A stretch of DNA of 64,000 nt from contig CAVSHF010000003.1 of assembly GCA_963727805.1 (NCBI GenBank), forward strand, positions 608,001-672,000, read 5' to 3'. Of this stretch, positions 51,440 to 61,750 are shown in pieces; positions within the stretch are counted from its first letter, which is position 1, and each line of letters opens with the position of its first letter. The position numbers were made by a program, and so were the translations under genes. Source of the DNA: an uncultured Nitrospiraceae bacterium. GTDB lineage: Bacteria; Nitrospirota; Thermodesulfovibrionia; Thermodesulfovibrionales; Dissulfurispiraceae. The notes under the pieces are model-generated. The model did no database searches. It saw only the letters and a program-made list of their open reading frames with translations, and was not told the DNA's origin.

Positions 51440-52558
51440 ATGGAACATCGCAAGTCACTTCCCCATCTATTCGACGGGCACACGACCCTTTATAAAGAGG
51501 ACTATTTCAGGCACTTGCTGTCCCTGGAGAGAAAGAGGGCTGAGCGCACAAAAAAGCATTTCCTTCTGATGAAGCTGCACGTCGAAAAGGTCCTTGAGAA
51601 TGATAGCCACAATGAAAAAAAGAGAGATATCGCAGCAGCCCTTGCCAAGGCAACCCGGGACATCGACGTGAAGGGCTGGTTCGAGCACGGCTCCAAAATA
51701 GGCGTCATCTTCACAGACGCGGGGGCAGCAGACATGGATCTACTAAGGCGAAAGGTCCGGCACAGTTTAACGGCGATGCCCAGCCTCATGGATGCTGGGA
51801 CTATACGCATTACCTTCCGGGTTTTCCCTGATGACATTTCCATTACCGGCGACAATGAATCGGCGAATATTGTTTTTTATTCGGCCTGCCGGAAGCAGCC
51901 CCTATTAACAATGCTTGCGCTCATATTTAAAAGGGCAGTTGACCTCATCGGCAGCATTGCAGCCTTTATCATCTTTTGGCCCTTATTCCTTATTGTTGCC
52001 GTCTTGATTAAGCTGACCTCAAAGGGGCCGGTTTTGTTCAAACAGTACCGCTTGGGGCAATATGGGAAAAAATTCACTTTTTATAAATTCAGGACAATGT
52101 TCATCAATAACAATCCGAAGATCCATCAGGACTACATCAAGAAACTCATAAGCGAAAAAAAGGCTTCATCTATCGAAGACGGTAAGAATGGCAAGAAATG
52201 CGTTTACAAGATAAAGAACGATCCCCGGGTCACCCCCATTGGGCACTTTTTGCGCAAAACCAGCCTGGATGAATTACCACAATTCATAAACGTACTGAAA
52301 GGGGAAATGTCCCTCGTTGGACCCCGGCCCCCAATTCCCTATGAACTTGACAATTATGACTTGTGGCACCTGCGAAGGGTTATGAAGGTCAAACCAGGAA
52401 TAACCGGGCTTTGGCAGGTCAAGGGCAGAAGCAGGACAACATTCGATGAAATGGTCAGAATGGATATTCAATATGTATCCAGCTGGTCGCCGTGGTTCGA
52501 TATAAAACTCCTTTTCCAGACAGTATGGGTCATCTTAACCGGAAAAGGCGGATACTGA
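51440..52558 (+). CDS. Priming sugar transferase with N-terminal degenerate GGDEF-like domain
   Basis: [47 protein letters not shown]. Confidence 0.93.
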   Translation: MEHRKSLPHLFDGHTTLYKEDYFRHLLSLERKRAERTKKHFLLMKLHVEKVLENDSHNEKKRDIAAALAKATRDIDVKGWFEHGSKIGVIFTDAGAADMDLLRRKVRHSLTAMPSLMDAGTIRITFRVFPDDISITGDNESANIVFYSACRKQPLLTMLALIFKRAVDLIGSIAAFIIFWPLFLIVAVLIKLTSKGPVLFKQYRLGQYGKKFTFYKFRTMFINNNPKIHQDYIKKLISEKKASSIEDGKNGKKCVYKIKNDPRVTPIGHFLRKTSLDELPQFINVLKGEMSLVGPRPPIPYELDNYDLWHLRRVMKVKPGITGLWQVKGRSRTTFDEMVRMDIQYVSSWSPWFDIKLLFQTVWVILTGKGGY

Positions 52559-52589
52559 TTATTAATTTCCTATTTTTGCGGAGGAATCC

Positions 52590-53660
52590 ATGGAATGCAA
52601 TACGATAAAGGATGATACTCATACAGAGCCTGAAGAAGGCAATGGCAAGGGGCGAGACATTCTTAATGTAGGAGTAATCGGATACGGTTACTGGGGCCCT
52701 AATATCGTGCGCAACTTCAGCGGCATAGATCATGCCTGCGTCTCCATGGTCTGCGACGCCAACCATGCCTCTTTGGCGAGGGTGAGTAAAAGCTATCCTC
52801 ATATGGCTGTTACCTCCGACAGCGACGATATCCTGTTGTCTTCCGAAATCGATGCCGTCGCCGTAATCACCCCGGTTTCATCGCACTTCGCCCTCGCCAA
52901 AAAGGCCCTTCTCAACGGGAAGCACGTATTCGTTGAAAAGCCCTTTACCGGGACGACGGCGCAGGCCGAGGAATTGATCGAACTGGCCGAACAGAAAGGC
53001 CTCAAGATCATGGTCGACCATACCTTCATCTTCACTGGTGCCGTCAGAAAGATGAAGCAGCTCGTCGATGACGGCGTGCTCGGTTCGATTTATTACTACG
53101 ACTCGATCAGGGTAAATCTCGGTCTGTTTCAGCATGACTGCAACGTGATTTGGGACCTTGCCCCGCACGACTTTGCGATTATGGATTACCTCATAAGCGA
53201 AAAGCCTATAGCCGTCTCCGCCAGCGGAAAATCACACTTCAATTGCAAGGAAAATATCGCCTTTGTTACAGCCCATTTCGCCGAAAACATAGTAGCACAT
53301 TTCAATGTAAACTGGCTTTCGCCCGTGAAAGTCCGATTGACCATGCTTGGCGGAGAGAAAAAGATGGTCGTCTGGAACGACGCGGTAGCTGATGAAAAGA
53401 TAAAGATTTACGATAAAGGGGTCGAAGTCTCTACAAAAGATGGCATTTATGATCTTCTTGTAAGCTACCGGTCCGGGGACATGTTAGTCCCCAGAGTCGA
53501 ACAGACCGAGGCCTTAAGGATGGAGGCTGACTATTTCGTCCGCTGTATCCGTGACAATGAAACACCTATTAATGACGGCCATGCCGGCCTGAGGATTGTA
53601 AAGATGCTCGAGGCATGTGACAAGTCATTGAAAAAACAAGGAGAGATCGCATATCTATGA
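52590..53660 (+). CDS. Gfo/Idh/MocA family oxidoreductase
   Basis: GYGYWGPN, HVFVEKP, WDLAPHD. Confidence 0.92.
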   Translation: MECNTIKDDTHTEPEEGNGKGRDILNVGVIGYGYWGPNIVRNFSGIDHACVSMVCDANHASLARVSKSYPHMAVTSDSDDILLSSEIDAVAVITPVSSHFALAKKALLNGKHVFVEKPFTGTTAQAEELIELAEQKGLKIMVDHTFIFTGAVRKMKQLVDDGVLGSIYYYDSIRVNLGLFQHDCNVIWDLAPHDFAIMDYLISEKPIAVSASGKSHFNCKENIAFVTAHFAENIVAHFNVNWLSPVKVRLTMLGGEKKMVVWNDAVADEKIKIYDKGVEVSTKDGIYDLLVSYRSGDMLVPRVEQTEALRMEADYFVRCIRDNETPINDGHAGLRIVKMLEACDKSLKKQGEIAYL

Positions 53661-54136
53661 AATATCTTTCAATAGCCGATGACGTCAAACTCGGCAAGGA
53701 TGTAAAGCTTGCCAATTTCATCAACCTTTACGGCTGCTCCATCGGAGATAACACAAAGATCGGCACGTTCGTGGAAGTCCAGAAGAATGCTTCAATAGGC
53801 AGGAACTGCAAGATTCAGAGTCATACTTTTATATGCGAAGGCGTGACAATAGAGGACGACTGTTTTATCGGCCACAGCGTTACTTTCATAAATGACACCT
53901 ATCCCCGCGCCACGAATACCAGCGGCTCATTGCAGAGCGAGGCTGACTGGAAAGTGGAACCCACGATCGTTAAAAAAGGGGCCACGATCGGCTCGGGTTC
54001 GACGATACTGAGCAACGTGACAATCGGCAAAAACGCGATAGTCGGCGCCGGAAGCGTGGTAACGAAAGATGTAGCTGCTAATACGATTGTGGCCGGCAAT
54101 CCGGCTAAATTCATCCGTGAGATAATTTATGAGTGA
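53657..54136 (+). CDS. Hexapeptide-repeat N-acetyltransferase
   Basis: Hexapeptide repeats, VGAGSVVTKDV, GNPAK. Confidence 0.92.
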   Translation: MKYLSIADDVKLGKDVKLANFINLYGCSIGDNTKIGTFVEVQKNASIGRNCKIQSHTFICEGVTIEDDCFIGHSVTFINDTYPRATNTSGSLQSEADWKVEPTIVKKGATIGSGSTILSNVTIGKNAIVGAGSVVTKDVAANTIVAGNPAKFIREIIYE

Positions 54137-55307
54137 AATGAAAGTGCCCTTCATCGACCTTATTACTCCGCACGCTGAAATGGAGGAAGAACTTTTGGCG
54201 GTCTATAAACAAGCACTTGGGACAGCGGGCTTTATAGGCGGACCGATGGTCCAGAAATTTGAAGAAGAATTCGCAAGCGTTTGCGATGCGAAGTATTGCG
54301 TCGGAGTTGGAAGCGGCACCGATGCCCTCAGATTTACGCTGATAGCCGCAGGAGTTAAGCGGAGGACCACAGTCGTAACCGTTCCGAACACGTTCATCGC
54401 GACTACTGAAGCTATCTCACAAGCCGGCGCCCTGATCGACTTCGTGGATGTCGATGATAAGACCTGCAATATGGACGTATCAAAACTGCGCGCCTATCTC
54501 GAAACAAAATGTTTCGTTGACCGCGAGACAGGGGTGCTCGTCAATATAAAAACATTATGCCCCGTCACCGCGATAGTCCCGGTCCATTTGTATGGCCAGC
54601 CGGCCGATATGGACCCGATAATGGAACTTGCAAATAAATATAGGCTGATAGTAATTGAAGACGCATGCCAGGCGCACGGCGCAGAATATTTTTCTAAGAG
54701 GGAGAACCGTTGGCAGAAAGCCGGTTCAATCGGCCATGCCGCTGCCTTTAGCTTCTATCCCGGGAAGAATCTCGGAGCCTGCGGCGAAGCTGGCGCAGTG
54801 ACGACGAATGATGAGTCCATTGCTCGCAAAATTCGCATGATACGAGATCACGGGCAAGCCAAGAAATATTATCATGATATCGAAGGTTATAACGGCAGGC
54901 TCGATGCGATACAGGCCGGCGTCTTGAGCGTGAAACTCAAACAACTCGCAAAGTGGAACGAACTGAGGCAGGCAAACGCACGGCGATACAATGAACTGCT
55001 CTCCGGCATAGACGGAGTAACTATACCATATGAACCGTCATGGTCCAAAGGTGTATATCACCTCTATGTTATCAGGACTAAACAGAGGGACGAGCTTCAA
55101 GCCTTCCTTGCTAAAAACAATATATTTACCGGCCTTCATTATCCCGTACCGCTGCATCTCCAGAAAGCATACGTCTTAAGGGGCTACAGCCAGGGCGACT
55201 TCCCGATAGCCGAAAAGGCAGCTACAGAGATCATCTCTCTCCCCATGTTCCCAGGTCTAAAGGAATCGCAGATTCAGTACGTTGTAGAAAATATAAGACT
55301 AGGATGA
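54129..55307 (+). CDS. DegT/DnrJ/EryC1/StrS aminotransferase
   Basis: SGTDAL, VHLYGQ, IEDACQAHG, SFYPGKNLG. Confidence 0.95.
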   Translation: MSEMKVPFIDLITPHAEMEEELLAVYKQALGTAGFIGGPMVQKFEEEFASVCDAKYCVGVGSGTDALRFTLIAAGVKRRTTVVTVPNTFIATTEAISQAGALIDFVDVDDKTCNMDVSKLRAYLETKCFVDRETGVLVNIKTLCPVTAIVPVHLYGQPADMDPIMELANKYRLIVIEDACQAHGAEYFSKRENRWQKAGSIGHAAAFSFYPGKNLGACGEAGAVTTNDESIARKIRMIRDHGQAKKYYHDIEGYNGRLDAIQAGVLSVKLKQLAKWNELRQANARRYNELLSGIDGVTIPYEPSWSKGVYHLYVIRTKQRDELQAFLAKNNIFTGLHYPVPLHLQKAYVLRGYSQGDFPIAEKAATEIISLPMFPGLKESQIQYVVENIRLG

Positions 55308-55328
55308 AGTGCTTGCCTGTCCCACTTT

Positions 55329-56360
55329 ATGTTTGAGATCATTGATCCATTAACAACAGTCAATTATGACGACACGCTTCTATCCACACCAGGAGCATCT
55401 TTTTTTCATACATCTGCATGGGCGCGAGTTCTTGCTGAATCATTTGGCTACGCACCGCATTACTTCGCAAAAAAAACAGGTGAAAGATTTTCAGTCCTTG
55501 TTCCATTCATGGAGATTAACAGTTTCCTAACAGGAAAAAGGGGCATCTCACTCCCTTTCTCGGACCACTGTGATCCGATTATGCCGAACGATAATTCGCT
55601 TTTTGCCTTCTTCAATCATGCTATTGGTTACGGCAATCGACGGGGTTGGAAATACTTAGAACTCCGGCCATCAAATGCACTCCCAGAGGGCATACAGGCG
55701 TCTCAGGTCTTTCTTTCCCACACTATTGACCTTTCAATAAATAGTAAAGAAATTCTGTCTGGTTTTCGGTCTAACACACGCAGCGACATCAAGAAAGCCA
55801 TCAGGTCAGATGTAACGGTCGCGTTCGGCGGGAATGCCGAATTCATGGAGCAGTATTACCGGCTTCATTCTCTTACGCGCAAACACCATGGCATTCCTCC
55901 ACAACCACTCTCTTTCTTCAGAAAACTATTAGAACACGTTGTAAGCAGTGGTAACGGGCAGATCGGACTGGCATACCACGGACAGCACATCATCGCGGGC
56001 GCCGTTTTCTGCAGCTTCGGCAAGCAGGCGCTTTACAAATATGCCGCCTCCGACAAGAACTTCCAGAATGCCAAGCCCAACAACCTGATTTTATGGGAAG
56101 CTGTGCAGAAATATTCATCCATGGGATATGATTCACTCTGCCTTGGTCGCACCGACACTGAAAACAAAGGTCTCATCCATTTTAAGCGAGGATGGGCAGG
56201 GAGGGAAAGCACGAGCGAGTACTGCAAGTACGACCTGAAGCAGAGCATATATATGAAACAAAATTCAAAACTCCATGGATTTCATAATAAATTATTCTCC
56301 AACATGCCGCTTCCTCTTTTGAGATTGGCAGGGGATCTTTTATATAAACACATTGGCTAA
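55329..56360 (+). CDS. FemAB-like/GNAT family protein
   Basis: FFHTSAW, SLPFSD, PNNLILWE, LGRT..N.GL..FKRGW. Confidence 0.85.
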   Translation: MFEIIDPLTTVNYDDTLLSTPGASFFHTSAWARVLAESFGYAPHYFAKKTGERFSVLVPFMEINSFLTGKRGISLPFSDHCDPIMPNDNSLFAFFNHAIGYGNRRGWKYLELRPSNALPEGIQASQVFLSHTIDLSINSKEILSGFRSNTRSDIKKAIRSDVTVAFGGNAEFMEQYYRLHSLTRKHHGIPPQPLSFFRKLLEHVVSSGNGQIGLAYHGQHIIAGAVFCSFGKQALYKYAASDKNFQNAKPNNLILWEAVQKYSSMGYDSLCLGRTDTENKGLIHFKRGWAGRESTSEYCKYDLKQSIYMKQNSKLHGFHNKLFSNMPLPLLRLAGDLLYKHIG

Positions 56361-56686
56361 GAATAAAATATCTTTTCCTTTGTCATTGTTTCTATCCTGG
56401 GGGATTAACTTCATTCTCTGACCACTTAAATTATTTTTATGCTTTGAACTTTAGCTATCACAAGCATTTAACTAATCTAAAAGGTTCTTTTTCGTCTATT
56501 TTTAATACGAGACTTATCTAATGTTATAGCGGAAGATGACGATATAAAGTATGTTATTCACTGATAATCATAAATTTAATAAAAGGGTGCACTCGGATCT
56601 CCAACACAACGTTTTACAGAAGAAATCCAGTGGAACTAACTCCGTATTTTAGAGTAGTAAATAAGTAAACTAGGGGGATTTTCGAA

Positions 56687-58891
56687 TTGTATAGGCATTG
56701 GAATAGTCTCTATTACATAATTAAACCATTTATTCCGAGGCGCTTGCAGATAGCACTGCGGCGCCAGCTTATCCTTCACAAGAGAGCGTCCTGCAAGAAC
56801 ATCTGGCCTATCGACGAAAATGCTGGGAATGCTCCACAGGGGTGGTCCGGATGGCCGGGCGGCAAAAAGTTTGCACTTGTGCTAACCCACGATGTCGAGG
56901 CCGCAAAAGGACAAGACAAATGCAGCCAGCTAATGGAGCTTGAAAAGACCCTGGGCTTTCGTTCCTCCTTCAATTTTGTCCCGAGACGATATCCTGTATC
57001 TGCGAATCTCCGCAAGAGTCTCGTAAGTGAGGGATTCGAGGTCGGGGTCCACGGGCTTTATCATGATGGCAAGTATTATCATTCGCAGGATCTATTTCGT
57101 GAGCGGGCTAAGGAAATCAATAAATATCTGAAATCCTGGGGTGCAGTAGGATTCCGCTCACCGGCTATGCTTCACAATCTAGATTGGATACGCGATTTAA
57201 ACATCGAATATGACGCTTCGACATTCGATTCAGACCCCTTCGAGCCACAGCCAGATGGGATGGGAACCATTTTCCCCTTCTATGTAAATGGTGATTCCAG
57301 TCGCAAGGGGTATATCGAATTGCCCTACACTCTGCCCCAAGACTTCACATTGTTCAATCTGATGAAAGAAAATGACATAGACATCTGGAAGAAAAAACTT
57401 GACTGGATCGCGGATAAAGGTGGCATGGGACTTGTCAACGTACATCCGGATTATATGAACTTTGATGAATCATCTCTCGGGGTTGAAGAATATCCGGCGA
57501 GATTCTACAAAGACTTCCTCGAATATATAAAGGAGAAGTATGCGGGACAGTACTGGCATGTGTTGCCCAGAGAGATGGCAGAATTTTGTAACAGCTTACG
57601 CCAGAACTCTGATGGTGGCCTCAAACGTTATATCTCATCGGCAGAAACAGTCAAACCGAGAATTCTGATGATTGTGGAATACAGTTATCCATCTGATACG
57701 CGCGTGAGAAAGGAAGCAACCACACTAAAAGACTCATTCGACGTTACCGTTATATCTTTAAAGAGACACTATAAAAAATGGCATGAACATGTCGATGGGG
57801 TCGAGGTATTCAGAATCCCCGAGATAGTACTTCCAATGAATTCCAGTCGAAATCGCCTTATCAGGCTTCTTGTAAGCATCATGAACTATACCCTGCAGTA
57901 TTCATTCTTCACGTCAGTATCCTTAGGCCTTTTTTTATTGACCCACATCAGACGACGGTATAAGGTAATACATGCCCATAACCCACCCGACACCCTATTT
58001 CTGGTTGGCCTTATCGGAAAACTCTTTTCGGTCAAGTTTGTTTACGACCATCATGACCTGGCACCGGACCTTTACCTATCGCGTTATATGGGTAAAACGG
58101 ACATTGCCCATAAGATTCTTCTGCTATGCGAGAAATTATCCTGCAAGCTTGCGGATGTCGTTATAGCTACCAATGCATCTTACAAAGAGATTGAGATAAC
58201 TAGACATGGGATAGAACCCGACAAAATACGTATAGTGAGGAATGATCCTATAATTAAAGAGTTTTCCGGCAACTCCGACAAAACAAAAAGGGAAAACAAT
58301 AGGAAAATAACTATCCTCTACATCGGAAGCATCAACCCACAAGACGGAGTTGAAATCCTGCTAGATGTACTTAATTACCTTGTAAACCATTTAAGTGAGA
58401 AGAATATCTTATGTCGTATTGTTGGCAACGGGGACTCTCTTGAGGACCTCAAGACGAGAGCCGTGGAGCTCGATCTCATGGATTATCTGGAATTTACCGG
58501 GTATATTTACGAAAGAGAAAAGATAAAATACTACCTAGAAACGTCGGACATTTGTGTAGAGCCGGCACCGAGTAGCGCACTCAATGATCACTCAACGTTC
58601 ATAAAAATCATGGAGTATATGGCGGTAAGTAAACCCATAGTTGCTTTTGACTTGAAAGAATCGCGTTACTCTGCTGATGGATGTGCAATACTTGTTAGAC
58701 CAGGAGATATCGAGGGTTTTGCCCTTGCCATTAAGAATCTGCTTGATGATGACTTATTGAGACATAGGCTCGGGAAAGCCGGCTTTACAAGAATTCAAAA
58801 TGAGTTGAACTGGTCTAATGCGTCTATAGATCTAATAGAAGCGTATAAGACAATGTTTCCTTCTGCAGGCTCCACCGCTCATGATGACTAG
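56687..58891 (+). CDS. Polysaccharide deacetylase-like domain fused to a GT4 glycosyltransferase
   Basis: LTHDVE, VGVHG..HDG, GFRSP in the N-half; HAHNPPD, YDHHDL, KIMEYMA..KPIVAFD in the C-half. Confidence 0.85.
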   Translation: MYRHWNSLYYIIKPFIPRRLQIALRRQLILHKRASCKNIWPIDENAGNAPQGWSGWPGGKKFALVLTHDVEAAKGQDKCSQLMELEKTLGFRSSFNFVPRRYPVSANLRKSLVSEGFEVGVHGLYHDGKYYHSQDLFRERAKEINKYLKSWGAVGFRSPAMLHNLDWIRDLNIEYDASTFDSDPFEPQPDGMGTIFPFYVNGDSSRKGYIELPYTLPQDFTLFNLMKENDIDIWKKKLDWIADKGGMGLVNVHPDYMNFDESSLGVEEYPARFYKDFLEYIKEKYAGQYWHVLPREMAEFCNSLRQNSDGGLKRYISSAETVKPRILMIVEYSYPSDTRVRKEATTLKDSFDVTVISLKRHYKKWHEHVDGVEVFRIPEIVLPMNSSRNRLIRLLVSIMNYTLQYSFFTSVSLGLFLLTHIRRRYKVIHAHNPPDTLFLVGLIGKLFSVKFVYDHHDLAPDLYLSRYMGKTDIAHKILLLCEKLSCKLADVVIATNASYKEIEITRHGIEPDKIRIVRNDPIIKEFSGNSDKTKRENNRKITILYIGSINPQDGVEILLDVLNYLVNHLSEKNILCRIVGNGDSLEDLKTRAVELDLMDYLEFTGYIYEREKIKYYLETSDICVEPAPSSALNDHSTFIKIMEYMAVSKPIVAFDLKESRYSADGCAILVRPGDIEGFALAIKNLLDDDLLRHRLGKAGFTRIQNELNWSNASIDLIEAYKTMFPSAGSTAHDD

Positions 58892-59193
58892 ATGATCTCC
58901 AATTTAAAAGTAACAAACCTCTTCGAGAATATAGCGTAAACACCTTTGCCAAAATGCCCAAAACCCTTTTTTCGGCTGATGCCAGCATGATTCTCGTTCG
59001 GAACCTGTCGGCAAATGATTATGTCGTAGTGGAACTTGCCGCCATATTTATCGATTCCCCGGCCAGATTTATCGACACTGGGATTGATGACTCAGTAGTA
59101 CCAAAAGACCGATTAGATATCGCAGAGTTACAAGCGGTATACAAATGTACCTGTGCATAGTTCGAACCCTTTCAAGATAAGTCACAGCCTAAT

Positions 59194-60066
59194 ATGAGTC
59201 TGACAATAAATTATGTTGTAATAACCCCGGTAAGAGATGAGGAGCGTCACATAGAAAAAACAATTCTTTCTATGGCTTCTCAGCGAGTGCTTCCTCAAGA
59301 GTGGGTTGTGATTGATGATGGTTCTACTGACAGGACAGGGACGATCCTAGACCAGTGCAGTAAGAATTATGCATGGATGCGTGTTTTTCATCGTGAGAAT
59401 AGAGGCTTTCGGAAGTCGGGCGGCGGTGTGATCGAAGCTTTTTACTATGGCTTGAGCAATTTGTCAACTCTTGACTGGGACTATATCGTAAAGCTGGATG
59501 GAGATCTTTCCTTTAGCCCCGACTATTTTGAGAAGTGTTTTGATCACTTTGCCGCTGAACCGAGACTAGGAATCGGCGGAGGCGATATTTACAATGATGT
59601 CTATGGCAAGCTTATCTCGGAGAAAACAACAACATTCCATGTCAGGGGAGCCACTAAGATATATCGAAAGGCCTGTTGGGATGCTCTAGGCGGCCTTATT
59701 AAGGCACCCGGATGGGACACTCTAGATGAAGTTAAGGCAAATATGCTGGGTTGGCAGACACGTTCTTTTACAGACCTATCACTAATACATCACAAAATGA
59801 CCGGTTCAGCTGATGGAACGTGGGGTGGATGGGTAAAGAACGGCAGAGCGAATTATATTTCCGGATATCATCCGCTTTTTATGCTACTGAAATGCGCCAA
59901 AAGAGTTTACAGGAAACCCTATCTGGTTTGTGCTTTTGGATTATTGTATGGTTTTATGTCGGGGTATATTCAAAAAGTGCCCCAGGTCGAAGACAAGCAT
60001 CTGATAGCCTATCTCAGGAAACAGCAACTTAATAGGCTTTTCATGAGAGAGAGTATTTGGAAGTAG
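59194..60066 (+). CDS. GT2 family glycosyltransferase
   Basis: ITPVRDE, IDDGSTD, KLDGD, GWDTLDE. Confidence 0.93.
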   Translation: MSLTINYVVITPVRDEERHIEKTILSMASQRVLPQEWVVIDDGSTDRTGTILDQCSKNYAWMRVFHRENRGFRKSGGGVIEAFYYGLSNLSTLDWDYIVKLDGDLSFSPDYFEKCFDHFAAEPRLGIGGGDIYNDVYGKLISEKTTTFHVRGATKIYRKACWDALGGLIKAPGWDTLDEVKANMLGWQTRSFTDLSLIHHKMTGSADGTWGGWVKNGRANYISGYHPLFMLLKCAKRVYRKPYLVCAFGLLYGFMSGYIQKVPQVEDKHLIAYLRKQQLNRLFMRESIWK

Positions 60067-60504
60067 CATGGCATTATAGATTATTATAGTGAATTGAAAC
60101 TCTGCCGAGGCCTCATTTGCAAAATGAACAAGCATTACCCGATAGTACTGGTGAGTGTAAAGTCGATAAGATAATTAGGCATGTAACGTCGACTTCGCAT
60201 AGAGAGAAGTTAGGGACCGGCTATTTATGTTTGGTATATACGGAAAGATGTTTATCAATGATAATCAAAAAAGTCGATCCGATGATCAGTGGAAGAATGT
60301 GTGGCATGATGAGCCATAAGGCCCTGATGATCACGATAGGTCTATCTAGAATCAGACACGGACATCGGCAGACTACCTGTTATTAACTTGCAGACGGGTT
60401 ATTCGCGAAAGTTATTTATCTTTCCATGCACATTGACGCGATCATCATTAAACATGACACCTTGGGGAATGCGGACATTCCCAATTAATTGAGAGGTAAT
60501 AAAA

Positions 60505-61365
60505 ATGGAGTACAAATTAATCAAGGCCTTAGGGTTTTTGAACTTCGTTTTCACATGTGTAAAGCCGCCCAGTAAGGCGTGGCGTTTGCTGATAAGTAAA
60601 GTCCGGCAAAAATACCTGGGTCATGATTGTCAAAATATTGACTTTACTCTATCAGTAAAAGAATTAGATGCAAATGTATTCGTTAATGACATCGAACAGT
60701 TCAGTTATCTATTCAATGTTTTTTTCACTGAGCCGTTTCGCGTGTCAAATAAAGTCGCCGACAACGCGGTGATAATTGATGGCGGAGCAAATATTGGAAT
60801 GACGTCTTTGTATTATGCCTCTTTATATCCGAATGCTAAAATCTATGCCTTTGAACCCTCTAAGCAAAATGTCGAATATTACAAAAAGAATCTAGCAAGT
60901 GTGAATGCAGCTATTGAACAAAAGGCTTTGTGGGATGAGCCATGCGTGTTAAATTTCAATTTCTCAAACTGCTCACGATACCATTCGGCATTTGGAACGG
61001 CGGAATCTACACATAATGAAGAGATCCACGCCATTAGACTAGATGACTGGATACGAAGTAGCAACATAGATCGTATTGATATCCTCAAATTGAATGTTGA
61101 GGGAGCGGAGTTAAAAGTAATTAAGAGTTTGGGTCAAGAAGCCGAAAAAATCTCCACGATAGTGGGTGAACTTCACCCTGAGTTTGTGTCACAAATCGAG
61201 ATAACTGAAGCACTCGGGAATATTGGTTTTGACATTGTTAGACTTGAACGTACAGGCAAAACTGTATCAATTTTTGAGGCTCACAGACGAAAATACAATG
61301 GGTTACATGACCTCAAGAAAAGTCTATGGGATGTACACAAAGTATCCCATGAAAAAGGCAGTTGA
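60505..61365 (+). CDS. FkbM family methyltransferase
   Basis: IIDGGANIG, AFEP, IDILKLNVEGAE. Confidence 0.9.
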   Translation: MEYKLIKALGFLNFVFTCVKPPSKAWRLLISKVRQKYLGHDCQNIDFTLSVKELDANVFVNDIEQFSYLFNVFFTEPFRVSNKVADNAVIIDGGANIGMTSLYYASLYPNAKIYAFEPSKQNVEYYKKNLASVNAAIEQKALWDEPCVLNFNFSNCSRYHSAFGTAESTHNEEIHAIRLDDWIRSSNIDRIDILKLNVEGAELKVIKSLGQEAEKISTIVGELHPEFVSQIEITEALGNIGFDIVRLERTGKTVSIFEAHRRKYNGLHDLKKSLWDVHKVSHEKGS

Positions 61366-61750
61366 GGGAAGGATGCCAATCGAAATATTTTACGACACAA
61401 GGGTTTCAGGAACCGTACGACGCTGAATTCCAGAAACTGAACGAGTATGTTATACCATTCTTCTCGGTGAGCGCTCTACAAACAGAGGATACTTTGAACG
61501 GGGCGTAATCACAAGTATGCTTGCCACCAATAGCTAATAAGTGGCGAGCCTGGCGGTTATTTCTAAAATGCAAACTCTTGGGCTGTGGCGCCGGTGTTTT
61601 ATTGATCAGTGTTCGTCTCTGGTGAATTGATTAGAATGTTATTCAATTGCCTCGCTAACAGCTAGGGGAAATATTTGTGGCCGCACAAGTCAAATTGCGA
61701 TTAATGAAACAAACTTTTTCACACAGTTTAAACGGAATAACTTTGTAAGT

